A DNA stretch of 64,000 nucleotides, from NCBI GenBank assembly GCA_965222225.1, contig CBDCTK010000002.1, forward strand, positions 4,352,001-4,416,000. Reading direction: 5' to 3'. This DNA is from Candidatus Poribacteria bacterium. Its GTDB lineage: Bacteria > Poribacteria > WGA-4E > JAJDTR01. Below, piece by piece: positions 17,676 to 28,061 of this stretch (positions within the stretch are counted from its first letter, which is position 1; the number at the start of each line of letters is the position of its first letter). The position numbers and the translations under genes are program-made. The notes under the pieces are model-generated. The model worked only from the letters and a program-made list of their open reading frames with translations, had not been told where the DNA came from and did no database searches.

Positions 17676-20636
17676 CTATTTTGAAGTACTATCGGGACTA
17701 AGCAAGTAACTAAAGGCGCCTGGCACAGGTTCCACATACGTAAGGCCATCTGACCTCAGGAGTTTCGCTGGCCCTATCTCCTTCCTATCTTCATCTAGCG
17801 CCGTAGCTTGACTCACATCGATTGCAAAACCGCACTCAGAACCATCCACCAGAATCACCTCGTATTTTTTTTCTGGAAGAATCCGGCAGATTCCGACTCC
17901 ATTTCCTGCCGCTTTAGCGAACCGTATAGTCCTACCGCGACTGTCAATGAAGATATATGCGGGCGTGACCGCATAATCGGCTCGGTGCCCCTCAATCTCA
18001 CCGCTAAAGACCTCAATTGCCCCATCCTCAGTCCAGCCAGCGTAACCGTTCGGGGACAGTTCTACTTCCCTTCCGTAGGCGGTTACGACCATAGGTTCGT
18101 TATTTGCGTTGCCGTTTACCACGGTGATGCATCCGTTCCGGTAGCGCGTCACAATCTGGGAGCGCTTGTAGGCGCCGGATGCCACGGCGGTCGTCGTATC
18201 CAACAGATTTCCTGCCGCGTCTGCATATCGTATTTCCGCCACGCTTGAAAGCGTATAGCGGCTCTGCAATTGCTGTAGCATGTAGTAGATGCGCAAGGTG
18301 CGGCGTAGGTCGTCTTCGTACTGGAGAATGCCGACGTGTCCAAACGCAATCGTCGCGGCAATGTGCCGATCGCTGCGTGGATCTTCACCCGAGCGCCCAC
18401 TAGGTTCCGGCTCCTCTCCCCGATAGAACATGCCGTACTCTCCCATGCCGATATTGGAGCAGAGATCGTGGGTTTTCCGAAGCTCAAAGTCCACTAACCA
18501 CGGTCCCCACGCCAACTTCACCTCGCCTGCACGGTCCTGAGCGTAATTCCCATCAATGATACCGCTAAAGATGAAGTGGTGGCCGCCCTCGGAGAATACG
18601 GGGCCGCTGTATACTTCCTTTTGAATCAGCATGGTTTCTCCGTAGGCGTAGAAGGTTGCAGCGAAGGTCGCAGCGCCGGGCACTCGGTAGTCGTAATCTA
18701 CAAAATCCAGAGTGTGGAGTGTGTGCACGTCGAGGTAACTCGCGTTGAATCCGAATTTTTCTTGGATAATTGGCGACAACATCTCACAATATTCGGGTGA
18801 CCGAGCGGGCTTGGCTCGGTAACAGCGACGCCAGCCCCCGTGCATCCGATTGTCCGGCGTACGCGTGATGAGATCAGTGTCCCAGTATTCATTGACGGCC
18901 GCGATATCAAGGAACTGTGTGTAAGGTCCGTAAAGGTAACCGATTTCGTTCCGTAAAGCGCGGGAATAAGCCGCCCATCCGTCATCTCCGCCTTTTTCCG
19001 GGGCGCCGTGGGTTCGGAAGGTGAAACTTTCACCGCTATCGCGCCAGCCGCCTTCATGGTCAGCGATGGTCATTTCGGTTATGCCATAACGGTGGAGCCT
19101 CCTAAAGAAGCGGATGCCGTCTTCTCGCGGTTTTTCGGATTGATGCGACTTCCAGAGTCGGGTTCCCACATCCTTTAGCCACGGGGACTTCGGATTTGGG
19201 ATAGTGGGTAACATCTCCTCGTAACGCGGGGAAACCGTGATAAAGAACCGCTCGTAGCAATCAACCCGCACACCGTCGGTTTTGGGGATGTACCGCGTTC
19301 CCGTGTTGTAGATAACGCCGTCAGGCGTTAGTGCAGGCGAGGGCAGCAGCATTGAGGCGTTGGATAGATACCAATCCGTGTTTCCGGTCAAGAACAATGG
19401 GGCATCTTGTGATCCGGCGACGACGACCGCCGGTCGTCCATCCGGAAGGTAGCCGTTGTAGGTGTAAAACGGATTGGACACCAAGCGTGGATTCTCCAAG
19501 CCGACAGCCTTACCGTATCTTACTTCGGCAACGTTGCCACCGGGGGCAAGCGTGTCAATTACAAGCGACTTATTCCAAAGTCGATACAGATAAATTACGT
19601 CCTGGGTTACCCCTTTGGCTTTCAACCGCCATCGGGAGACCACCTTCTCATCGTGGATGGTGGTGCCTAGATGCTCGGCGGACTCCGCCGGGGAGGGCGA
19701 ATCCGCGTCGGTTGCCAAATATACGCCACCATCGACGCACGGCTGAATTGGACCGCCTCGCCCCTCCCATTCGGCGCTGATGTCACCCAATGTGCCGGTA
19801 CGAGGCTCAAGCCGGTAGATGAGGGTGCCGTCCACGCCCTCATAACGAAACGTGAAACCGTCGCCCTCGGCTTGGACGCTCGTCGTGAACTTGTCCGTCA
19901 GGTTGTCGGGCAAGATGGTTTGCTCGCGTGTTGGAAACGGGAGTTCCCCGGGTCCAGTATTCGTGCCTATTCCTTGTCCGGGGAACATCGGGATACCGCG
20001 TCGAGGACGCGGCTTGAAATACAGCGGTTTGAAGTCTTCAGTGAAGACCGCTAGATTGTCAAAGCAGATTAACCGATCTTCCGGATCGTTGGAATCGTGA
20101 ATGGTGAGCCCGATGAAAGTGGAACCGTTGGCGACGAGTTTGATTTGATCGGGACACAAGCGATAATAGGAGAGAAACCACCCCCAGCTATCCCAATCCG
20201 CACGCATGGGAAAACGCATCTCACTTCCATCCGAAGCATTGAACAGTGCGGTAATCTTTGGGCGATGGCGTTCTTTGCCGTAAAGCCAGCAGGAGACGAC
20301 CTCAAAGCCGTTTTGGATTGGGATGGGGGCTGGCGGACTGGTACGGATTTCGGGATCAGCTCCAGTTTCGCGGTAAGTGAGTTTGGCAACGTATTTTCCC
20401 CAGAGTTGTTGCTCTCGCGAGCGCTTGAATTGGGCATTCGCATTGGTCGTTTCAACCTGCCATCCTGTCAAATCCTCAAAATCGATTAGAGGCGGGTGGG
20501 TATCCTCGGTGCGATTTGCCCATTCCATCTCATAAGGGCGTTGACCGATGACCTCTTCATCCTCTCCCCAGCTTACATTGCTGGTAGCTAGGACGGTTGC
20601 CATAAACATGGTTGTGCATAGGATTTCTGTTGTCAA
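17676..20636 (-). CDS. Large secreted protein, possible glycoside hydrolase (GH101/GH129-like barrel)
   Basis: 986 aa, SD AGGAGG with TTG start, signal peptide, CBM-like N-terminus, YLDVHT and VFSEGG motifs. Confidence 0.55.
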   Translation of the reverse strand: MTTEILCTTMFMATVLATSNVSWGEDEEVIGQRPYEMEWANRTEDTHPPLIDFEDLTGWQVETTNANAQFKRSREQQLWGKYVAKLTYRETGADPEIRTSPPAPIPIQNGFEVVSCWLYGKERHRPKITALFNASDGSEMRFPMRADWDSWGWFLSYYRLCPDQIKLVANGSTFIGLTIHDSNDPEDRLICFDNLAVFTEDFKPLYFKPRPRRGIPMFPGQGIGTNTGPGELPFPTREQTILPDNLTDKFTTSVQAEGDGFTFRYEGVDGTLIYRLEPRTGTLGDISAEWEGRGGPIQPCVDGGVYLATDADSPSPAESAEHLGTTIHDEKVVSRWRLKAKGVTQDVIYLYRLWNKSLVIDTLAPGGNVAEVRYGKAVGLENPRLVSNPFYTYNGYLPDGRPAVVVAGSQDAPLFLTGNTDWYLSNASMLLPSPALTPDGVIYNTGTRYIPKTDGVRVDCYERFFITVSPRYEEMLPTIPNPKSPWLKDVGTRLWKSHQSEKPREDGIRFFRRLHRYGITEMTIADHEGGWRDSGESFTFRTHGAPEKGGDDGWAAYSRALRNEIGYLYGPYTQFLDIAAVNEYWDTDLITRTPDNRMHGGWRRCYRAKPARSPEYCEMLSPIIQEKFGFNASYLDVHTLHTLDFVDYDYRVPGAATFAATFYAYGETMLIQKEVYSGPVFSEGGHHFIFSGIIDGNYAQDRAGEVKLAWGPWLVDFELRKTHDLCSNIGMGEYGMFYRGEEPEPSGRSGEDPRSDRHIAATIAFGHVGILQYEDDLRRTLRIYYMLQQLQSRYTLSSVAEIRYADAAGNLLDTTTAVASGAYKRSQIVTRYRNGCITVVNGNANNEPMVVTAYGREVELSPNGYAGWTEDGAIEVFSGEIEGHRADYAVTPAYIFIDSRGRTIRFAKAAGNGVGICRILPEKKYEVILVDGSECGFAIDVSQATALDEDRKEIGPAKLLRSDGLTYVEPVPGAFSYLLSPDSTSK

Positions 20637-20965
20637 GGTAGGTTCCTCCTGAACCGGGTGAATAAATTAACAATTTTTGGCGGTAAGTTTCTTATGAGCG
20701 TTCTCTATCACGACAGGATTTCTTTTGGGGGTAACGGTTGTTATTCCATTGCGTTCGAGTCGCAATCGGGAGGGGATCTCTATCGTAGTCCATTGTCCAT
20801 TCCCTTCATCTCAGTAAAAGGGAAGATTAGGGGGATTTGATGATTGTTAACCGCACTCCACAAAAAATGGTGGGCAGTGCCCACCCTACAAAAGTGCGAG
20901 GTCGTAGTGCCAATGACTATGACAATCGTTATTCCCTTACCTTCGTCAGGCTTGGGGAATTGCCG

Positions 20966-21934
20966 TTATTTCGACGTAGCGAGTTTGGCGGCGAGGTTAA
21001 ATGCGCATAAGAAATTCTGTGTGGACGCAATTCCTTTGTAGGCGATGTCGAATCCCGTGCCGTGATCGACAGAGGTCCTGATTATGGGTAAGCCGAGCGT
21101 CACGTTTACGGTGTCGTGGAAGCCGAGCAGTTTCATCGGGATGTGACCTTGGTCGTGGTACATGCACACCACGGCGTCATAGTCTCCTGCCAGGGCTTTC
21201 ATGAAAAGTGTGTCTGGGGAGATCGGACCGTGCGCATCAATGCCTTGGCACTGCGCCTCTTGGATGGCGGGTACAATTTCCTCTATCTCCTCTTTACCGA
21301 AAGCGCCACCCTCGCCCGCGTGGGGATTGAGTCCAGCGACGGCGATCCTCGCGCGGGGGAATAGCTTCCCAGCGGCTGCGCGGGTCATGTGGAGCACTGA
21401 ATGCACACGCTCGCGATTCACGAGGTTTACCGCCTCTTTCAACGAAACGTGGGTTGACACGTGCGTGACAATCAGTTTGGGCGCTACCAGGCTTAACACG
21501 TAATCTGCCACGCCGCACATGTCGGCGATGAGCTCCGTGTGCCCTTGAAAATTCGGGAAGGTATGGCGGCAGGCTGCCTTGTTGATCGGGAGTGTGACAA
21601 TGGCGTCGATTTTCTCTTCTAGTGCGTGTTCGGTAGCGACCTGAACGTAGTTAACCGCGGCAGCCCCAGCTTTCGCCGATATTTTGCCTATTGTGACCTC
21701 CGTCCGTTGGAGTTGTCGGCAGTCAAAGACATTCAGGTGTTCAGGTTTGATGTCTTCCAGTGAGGTAATGGGATTAAGAGCGAGATTGAGGTTAAATTTG
21801 CCGAGGGCGAATTCCAGCACCTCCAGATCACCGAAAACAACGAATGGCTGGGGCAGACTATTGCTCGCAACTGAGCGCAAGAGGATTTCGGGGCCCAGTC
21901 CGCAGGCATCTCCCATGGTTATCCCGATTAGCAC
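20966..21934 (-). CDS. pdxA: PdxA-family dehydrogenase (4-hydroxythreonine-4-phosphate or D-threonate-4-phosphate)
   Basis: ITMGDACGLGPE, GHTE, GLNPHAGE, MYHDQGHIP, RTSVDHGT. Confidence 0.9.
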   Translation of the reverse strand: MLIGITMGDACGLGPEILLRSVASNSLPQPFVVFGDLEVLEFALGKFNLNLALNPITSLEDIKPEHLNVFDCRQLQRTEVTIGKISAKAGAAAVNYVQVATEHALEEKIDAIVTLPINKAACRHTFPNFQGHTELIADMCGVADYVLSLVAPKLIVTHVSTHVSLKEAVNLVNRERVHSVLHMTRAAAGKLFPRARIAVAGLNPHAGEGGAFGKEEIEEIVPAIQEAQCQGIDAHGPISPDTLFMKALAGDYDAVVCMYHDQGHIPMKLLGFHDTVNVTLGLPIIRTSVDHGTGFDIAYKGIASTQNFLCAFNLAAKLATSK

Positions 21935-21997
21935 ACTATTGAGACCTCCATGAATAATCGTGCAGGAAATCTGCCAATTCTATTTGTAGACTGCCAG

Positions 21998-23962
21998 TTA
22001 TTCTCCGGAAACATCCCACAACAGAATCGTCCCGTCATGACTCCCACTTGCGAGTGTCGTTCCATCCGGGCTGAAAGCGACGCTCTCAACCCAGCTTGTG
22101 TGCCCAGTGAATGTGCGCTTGTGCTCTCCCGTTGTGGCATCCCAAAGCCGGATGGTTTTGTCCAAGCTCGCACTGGCGAAGATTCCACCATTCGGACTAA
22201 ATGCCACACTCTTGACTAGGTCTTCATGACCAGTGAGTATATGCTTATGGACACCCGTGGCGCTATCCCGCAAACGGACAGTACCGTCGCCACTGCCAGT
22301 GGCAATCGTCCGCCCATCCGGACTGAATGCCACGCTGTTCACATCGTCGATATGCTCGGTGAATATTCGGGGCACATCTGTGTCAAGACCGGTTTTGCTA
22401 CCGGTATACCCGGTGAGTACTTGCTTGGATTCACCCGTTGCTGTATTCCACAGTCGGACGGTACCGTCGGAACTCCCAGTGGCAATCGTGCCTCCATCCG
22501 GGCTGAAGGCAATGCTTTCTATGCTGTCTGTATGCCCGGTAAGGATTAGCCTGCGTATACCTGTTGCTGCATCCCACAGTCGGATAGTATAGTCGTAGCT
22601 ACTACCGGCAATCGTGCCTCCGTCTGGACTGAATGCCTCGCTTTCATTGTCGTCGGAGGACGCGTAAAGTGTCCGCTTGTGTGCGCCTGTGACAGAGTCC
22701 CACAACTCAATGCCTCTCCTACCACGAGTGGCAATCGTGCCTCCATCTGGACTGAATGCCACGTTTTCAAAGTCATGAGAAAAACCGGGAAGCTTCAGCT
22801 TGCGCGTGCCGGTGATAGCGTCCCACAAGTGGATAGAACCACCCCAACCATCGCCATTACCGCTGGCAATCGTGCCTCCATCCGGACTGAATGCCACGCT
22901 CCCGACACTCTGTAAATAACCGGAAAACGTCTGTTTCTCGGCACCGGTGGTAACATCCCATTGGCGAAGGGCGCCGCTGGTATTCACACCGGCAATCATG
23001 CCTCCATCCAGGGTGAATGCCACGCTCTCAACACTATTTAAAAGACCGGAAAGCGTTTGTCTCTGAGCGCCTGTGTTAGCATCCCACAAGCAGAAGGTAC
23101 TCCTCCCACTCGCACTGGCAATCGTTCGTCCATCCTGGCTGAATGCCACGCTCCTAACACTACCTGAATGCCCTGCAAGAGTCATTTTGTGTGCACCTGT
23201 GTTAGCATTCCACAAGCGGAGGGTTCCATCCAAACCGCCACTAGCAATCGTGTCTCCATCCGGGTTGAATGCAACGCTTAAAACGCCGGGTGAATGCCCT
23301 GCAAGAGTCATTTTGTGCGCACCTGTGTTAGCATCCCACAGGCGGGTGGTCTCGTCCCAACTCGCACTGGCAATCGTGCTTCCATCAGGGCTGAAAGCAA
23401 CGGAGTAAACGCGGTCTGAGTGGCCAGTAAGCGTTTTCTTGTGAGCGCCTGTGTTAGCATCCCACAGGTGGACGGTACCGTCCCAACTCCCACTTGCAAT
23501 CGTGTCTTCATCCGGGCTGAATGCAACGCTTAAAACGCCGGGTGAATGCCCTGCAAGAGTCATTTTGTGTGCACCTGTGTTAGCAATCCACAGGCGGATG
23601 GTACCGCCTTTAGTTCCACCAGCAATCGTGTCTCCATCTGGGCTGAATGCAATGCCGTTTGTGTGTCCGGTGCAAAGTGTGACTTCGGCGCCAGTGTGTG
23701 CATCATAAATCCAGATTCCGATTGTACTTGCAACCGCTAACCGTGCCCCATCTGGAGAATAGGTGATTTCGGATGCGTAACCTTTGCCTAGACGCATCTT
23801 GGCGCCTTCCGGCAAACCCCATTGATTGGGTGGATTGTGTTGGTCGGACGCTTTCTGATATTCGGATGCGCTCTGTTTAGGCGAGTCTTGAGAGCAACCG
23901 CTTTGTAGAAGGAGTGCGATAACGAGCGCAAGGCTAAATTTTGAGGAGCGAGTTTTTTTCAT
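21998..23962 (-). CDS. WD40-repeat lipoprotein
   Basis: About 13-14 GH...VAFSPDG...LWD repeats; signal peptide ending QSGC; WGLPEGAKMRLGKG N-terminal motif. Confidence 0.93.
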   Translation of the reverse strand: MKKTRSSKFSLALVIALLLQSGCSQDSPKQSASEYQKASDQHNPPNQWGLPEGAKMRLGKGYASEITYSPDGARLAVASTIGIWIYDAHTGAEVTLCTGHTNGIAFSPDGDTIAGGTKGGTIRLWIANTGAHKMTLAGHSPGVLSVAFSPDEDTIASGSWDGTVHLWDANTGAHKKTLTGHSDRVYSVAFSPDGSTIASASWDETTRLWDANTGAHKMTLAGHSPGVLSVAFNPDGDTIASGGLDGTLRLWNANTGAHKMTLAGHSGSVRSVAFSQDGRTIASASGRSTFCLWDANTGAQRQTLSGLLNSVESVAFTLDGGMIAGVNTSGALRQWDVTTGAEKQTFSGYLQSVGSVAFSPDGGTIASGNGDGWGGSIHLWDAITGTRKLKLPGFSHDFENVAFSPDGGTIATRGRRGIELWDSVTGAHKRTLYASSDDNESEAFSPDGGTIAGSSYDYTIRLWDAATGIRRLILTGHTDSIESIAFSPDGGTIATGSSDGTVRLWNTATGESKQVLTGYTGSKTGLDTDVPRIFTEHIDDVNSVAFSPDGRTIATGSGDGTVRLRDSATGVHKHILTGHEDLVKSVAFSPNGGIFASASLDKTIRLWDATTGEHKRTFTGHTSWVESVAFSPDGTTLASGSHDGTILLWDVSGE

Positions 23963-23984
23963 TAGTGAGTCGGAGGCTACGTGA

Positions 23985-24113
23985 AAGCCTGCGTGAAAAG
24001 TTGGTGGTAAAGCTATTGTTTGGTCATTTGGGGGACAAAATCATCGGATTTTCAAGACATTTTCCCCAAAATGGCCTCTCTCAAAGACGGATTCGGACTT
24101 TTCAAACAGGCTC
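23985..24113. mobile_element. MITE (GAGCCTGTTTGAA-type TIR), TGA target duplication
   Basis: AAGCCTGCGTGAAAAG...CTTTTCAAACAGGCTC flanked by TGA/TGA; left interior similar to the 29846 and 34227 copies. Confidence 0.7.
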
Positions 24114-24288
24114 TGAATAATAGATGGCAAGTTATTGTTGCCATTCACCCTTCGCCCCTCTGGGGCTTGTAAGAGGGTGGTGGGGTCTTTATCGTTCTCA
24201 CTATTCATTCGCTTAATCGCAGTAAGGGGATTAAGCGTTGATTTGACAATTGTCGATCGCACCCTACAAAATTACGCAAGCGCAAGAA

Positions 24289-24322
24289 AGAAACCGAGTT
24301 TTGCGGAAAAAACTCGGTTTCT
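24289..24322. repeat. Palindromic repeat family AGAAACCGAGTTTT-N-AAAACTCGGTTTCT; also 25443..25475, 47530..47562 and a half copy at 14455..14478
   Basis: Perfect 14-bp inverted repeat here; it may also terminate the gene ending at 24344. Confidence 0.75.
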
Positions 24323-24343
24323 AGTTGCCTGAAGCGCAAATCA

Positions 24344-25423
24344 CTACTCTTTCAACCACACGTCTAGGGGGTGTCTCCGTTCCGTTAACGGGATTGCTAC
24401 CCTCGCGCCGAGTCGATGGGATTCGTAGGTGCCGAGAATGAGTTCAAGCGCTTTTACCGCTTGGACGCCGCTTAACGGATGCTCGTCGCCGGTTTCGATA
24501 CACCGAATGAATTCTTCAACGGCGATTCGGTAGACCGAATCCCAACTACCGGGGCTTCGACCGGCGAGTTCAGTCGTCGATAGTTCTATCGGTCGCCAAA
24601 TATTGTCCTCAGGGTTGGCGGACCACAGCGCATCCGTACGATGCATCAGCGGACAGGGGGACTCCGGGACTCGTAACCCCAAGGCTCCCTTTGTTCCAAT
24701 CAATTCAATGCCGAAGTAATCGGGTTCCGCCCTCCAGAACTCGACCGTCGCGGTAACGCCGTTCTTGAATCCCAGAATGGTCGTCGATTTGTCGCCTGTC
24801 ATGGGTCCCATTCCGCCGGGATGGGGTTGAATGTCTTTCGTCGTCGCCGCTTTTCCCTCGGTTGTCACGTAACCATCAAGCCACTCCACATCTCCGGCGA
24901 AAAAACGAGCAGTGTCAAAAAGGTGAGTGCCGAGATTGATTAGACCGTGTCCCGCTGGATACGAATTCCGCAATATCGCCCGAATCGCCAAGAGGTCGCC
25001 GATGTATCCTTCCTCTAGGAGGGTTTTCGCTCGGATGTGGTAAGGGTCGCATCGTCTGATATTGTAGATAGCAAATTGGATTCCCGCTTGATCGCATGCC
25101 GCAACCATTTCGTCGGCATGGCTCAATGAAGTGGCAATGGGTTTTTCGCCCAAGACGTGGATGCCCCGCTCGGCTGCCGCAAGCGTCATGTCGTAACGTT
25201 GGATGGGATTGGTGTCTATTTCGACAATATTCAGATCGGCGTGGGCTAACATTTCTTCGTAGCTTGAGTAAATCGTAGAAACGCCGTGCTCTTGAAACAG
25301 GTCTCTTTCGGTGTCGGTATGGGCGGCGGCTGCGACCAGTTCCACTCGTGGCGCAGCCTTCAAGGCGGAGACATGGGAACTTAGATGTGTTGTTCCGACA
25401 ATACCTATGCGGTAAGTTTTCAT
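24344..25423 (-). CDS. Gfo/Idh/MocA family oxidoreductase
   Basis: YRIGIVG, HVLGEKPIA, NLGTHLFD. Confidence 0.9.
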   Translation of the reverse strand: MKTYRIGIVGTTHLSSHVSALKAAPRVELVAAAAHTDTERDLFQEHGVSTIYSSYEEMLAHADLNIVEIDTNPIQRYDMTLAAAERGIHVLGEKPIATSLSHADEMVAACDQAGIQFAIYNIRRCDPYHIRAKTLLEEGYIGDLLAIRAILRNSYPAGHGLINLGTHLFDTARFFAGDVEWLDGYVTTEGKAATTKDIQPHPGGMGPMTGDKSTTILGFKNGVTATVEFWRAEPDYFGIELIGTKGALGLRVPESPCPLMHRTDALWSANPEDNIWRPIELSTTELAGRSPGSWDSVYRIAVEEFIRCIETGDEHPLSGVQAVKALELILGTYESHRLGARVAIPLTERRHPLDVWLKE

Positions 25424-25537
25424 CGTGGGGGTCCTAGAATTAAGAACCCAAGTTTTGAAGAAAAAACTCGGTTTCGGTACAAATAGTTCTATTCGAAATG
25501 AATTCTTAAACGGGATTTAAATGTGCGCGGGAGCAAA

Positions 25538-26245
25538 TCAGCGGTTGGGTTTTCCGGAACTCCAGTTCCAATTGTCGGGGGGCCAAAGATTGGTGCCGAC
25601 AACTTTGTCCTTGTTATCCGCTAGTGAGAAACCAGGGGCGTACCAGTCTTTGACTTCCTCAACCCATCGTTTTATGTGAGGGGTGCCTCTGTGATATTCA
25701 AACGCCGCCTTGTTAACATAAACCTCATAAAGATAGAGTGCGGATCGATCTTCTTGGTTTTGGTAGATGTCGAATCTTAGGCATCCCTGTTCTTCGTTGA
25801 CCGATCCAATCGCATCACGACGCAGGGAGTCAATGAAATCGGACACATGATCTTCTTTGATTTTTAGCGGCGCATGGATTACAAACAGGCCTCCGTTAAA
25901 GGCTTCGTCTTCCACTGCGAAGGCACGTTGTGAATCCCAACATGCGTCGCCAACAGGAAATACGGGGCGATACTTTGCATACTGGGGAGGCACGGCTGTC
26001 CAGTTCTTTGTGGTTTGTGAAAACCCTTGGTAGTGAGGAAGGCTCAGATGTTCGTAAAATGCGCCCATATCGTTGTAGATTTGGCACAGACCAAGCTTTG
26101 TCGGGTCGTTCTCATCTTGAATGACATCGTAGCGACGACATCCGGGTTCGCTTTTTACCGTAGTCTTGGCGTTTAGTATTGCCTCGCGGATTACATCGTC
26201 CACGTGTTGCTCTTTCGCATGGAGGGGTATCATTAGAACTTCCAT
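25538..26245 (-). CDS. Tandem ABM-domain protein (LsrG/quinol monooxygenase-like)
   Basis: Two domains: EPGCRRYDV..H...PH and EQGCLRFDI..YEVY..H..TPH. Confidence 0.85.
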   Translation of the reverse strand: MEVLMIPLHAKEQHVDDVIREAILNAKTTVKSEPGCRRYDVIQDENDPTKLGLCQIYNDMGAFYEHLSLPHYQGFSQTTKNWTAVPPQYAKYRPVFPVGDACWDSQRAFAVEDEAFNGGLFVIHAPLKIKEDHVSDFIDSLRRDAIGSVNEEQGCLRFDIYQNQEDRSALYLYEVYVNKAAFEYHRGTPHIKRWVEEVKDWYAPGFSLADNKDKVVGTNLWPPDNWNWSSGKPNR

Positions 26246-26672
26246 AGTTTTCCTCTTTTCTCGCAGTTGATTTTACTGCATCCGCAGCGGGGAAGCCGCT
26301 TTCAGAGCAGACCACTATTTTCGTATTTTATCAAGGAGTGATGAAATGGTCAAGACAATTCCTGTTGAGGGAAATCGCATCAGATTTTTGGTTGTAGAGG
26401 TATTTCTGTCTGGTTCTAGACGGAGCGTGTATATAGGGTGAAAACGTGATGTGTGAAACGTCAACAAATGGACGATTCCTGAAGGAATTCTATCGCAGTC
26501 GCTAATCGCTCCTTTGATCGTTCCCTATTTGGTCACTTGATCGGCCAGTTGATTCTTTTGGAGTGAAAGATTTGAAGCTAATGCAGGTTTGAAGCTAATG
26601 CAGGCATGAAATCTGCCGGATTTGCCAATCCAGCAGGACGGGTCAGGACGCAATCGGCAAGTAAGTTTATTC

Positions 26673-26701
26673 TTGAAAATTGAATAAGGGCTTGCTATAA
26701 T
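26673..26701 (+). promoter_or_regulatory. sigma70 promoter with extended -10, near-leaderless transcript
   Basis: TTGAAA-17-TATAAT with TG; ATG 11 nt downstream and no SD. Confidence 0.6.
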
Positions 26702-26712
26702 CGATTAGTCTT

Positions 26713-27930
26713 ATGTCAATTGCTATTCAACCCTACTCATTGAACGTCCCGCAGGACGTGTTGGACGATCTTCGCGAGCGATTGGAACGCACACGCTTGC
26801 CGGGTTCGGTGTCGGGGACCGGCTGGAGTCGAGGTGTGGACTTCGACTACATGGAAGATTTGATTGACTACTGGATTCAAGAATACGACTGGCGTGAACA
26901 GGAAGCAAGACTCAATCGGTATCGACATCTCAAAGCGGACGTTGACGGGCTCGGTATCCATTTCATTCATGAAGAGGGCAAGGGGCCAAATCCCATGCCG
27001 TTGTTCATGATGCACGGGTATCCATGGTCTTTAATTTTGTTGTTGAGAATCCTCCCGATGCTCACCGATCCCGCCTCATACGGCGGGGATCCGGCAGACG
27101 CTTTCACTGTAGTGATCCCGTCCATTATCGGTTTTGGATTCTCGGATTATCCCAATGAGCGGGGTTTTGGGTTCCAGCATCACCCGAGCATATACGACAA
27201 ACTGATGACAAAAGGGCTAGGTTACGAGCGCTACGGAATCGAAGGCGGGGATTGGGGCGGTTTCATTACCGCTCCGTTTGGATACCACCATCCTGAGAAC
27301 TTGATTGGGATTCACCTCAACTGCCTGTTTCCGCGGCTGGGAGATGAACGAGAACCGGAAGACAAAGATCCGGATATCCTGCGCGGACTTGGCATGAAGT
27401 GGGCGCCCGTCAAGCCAAAAGATCCCGATATGCTCCGTTATTGGAAGAACGTTGAGAGGTACTGGATCGATGAAGGCGCCTACTGTCACCAACAGATGAC
27501 GCGCCCTCAAACTCTTGCCATCGGTATGACCGATTCGCCAGCGGGCCTTGCAGCGTGGATTATTGAAAAATGGCGTGCATGGTGTGGCTGGGGCGACGAT
27601 TTCGAGAAACTATTTCCGCGTGATATGCTTATTACCAATGTCATGCTCTACTGGGTGACCAACTCGTTCTGGTCAGCGATACGGCTCTATAGCGAGTCGT
27701 ACTATCACCCGTGGGAGCTTCCGCCGGGTGAGCGAATCGAAGTGCCGACAGCAGTTGCCGCCTATCCTCACGAGTTGGCGCCGATTGTCCGAAAGCGTGC
27801 GGAACGATACTATAACGTAGTGCATTACAACGAGTATCCGGAAGGCGGACACTTCGCGATTCACGAGCGTCCGGAGGAGATGGCGGCGGATCTGCGGGAG
27901 TTCTTCCGACCATTGCGCACGCATAACTGA
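26713..27930 (+). CDS. Epoxide hydrolase (microsomal type, EHN + alpha/beta hydrolase)
   Basis: YDWREQE, HGYP, GGDWG nucleophile, DSPAGLAAWIIEK, GGHF. Confidence 0.93.
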   Translation: MSIAIQPYSLNVPQDVLDDLRERLERTRLPGSVSGTGWSRGVDFDYMEDLIDYWIQEYDWREQEARLNRYRHLKADVDGLGIHFIHEEGKGPNPMPLFMMHGYPWSLILLLRILPMLTDPASYGGDPADAFTVVIPSIIGFGFSDYPNERGFGFQHHPSIYDKLMTKGLGYERYGIEGGDWGGFITAPFGYHHPENLIGIHLNCLFPRLGDEREPEDKDPDILRGLGMKWAPVKPKDPDMLRYWKNVERYWIDEGAYCHQQMTRPQTLAIGMTDSPAGLAAWIIEKWRAWCGWGDDFEKLFPRDMLITNVMLYWVTNSFWSAIRLYSESYYHPWELPPGERIEVPTAVAAYPHELAPIVRKRAERYYNVVHYNEYPEGGHFAIHERPEEMAADLREFFRPLRTHN

Positions 27931-28061
27931 GCGGCATCGCCCACATACATTCCCTTAAATCGCTTTTCCATTACAATCTTCAATGAATGAAGATTAGCTT
28001 GGCTCCGAGAGAATTACGTTTCACGCATCACGTATTTCGTGATGGCGGACAAGGCGGGTTC

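Noticed and set aside
26571-26604. 17-bp tandem duplication TTTGAAGCTAATGCAGG x2
   Set aside because: Only two copies with no spacer; most likely replication slippage
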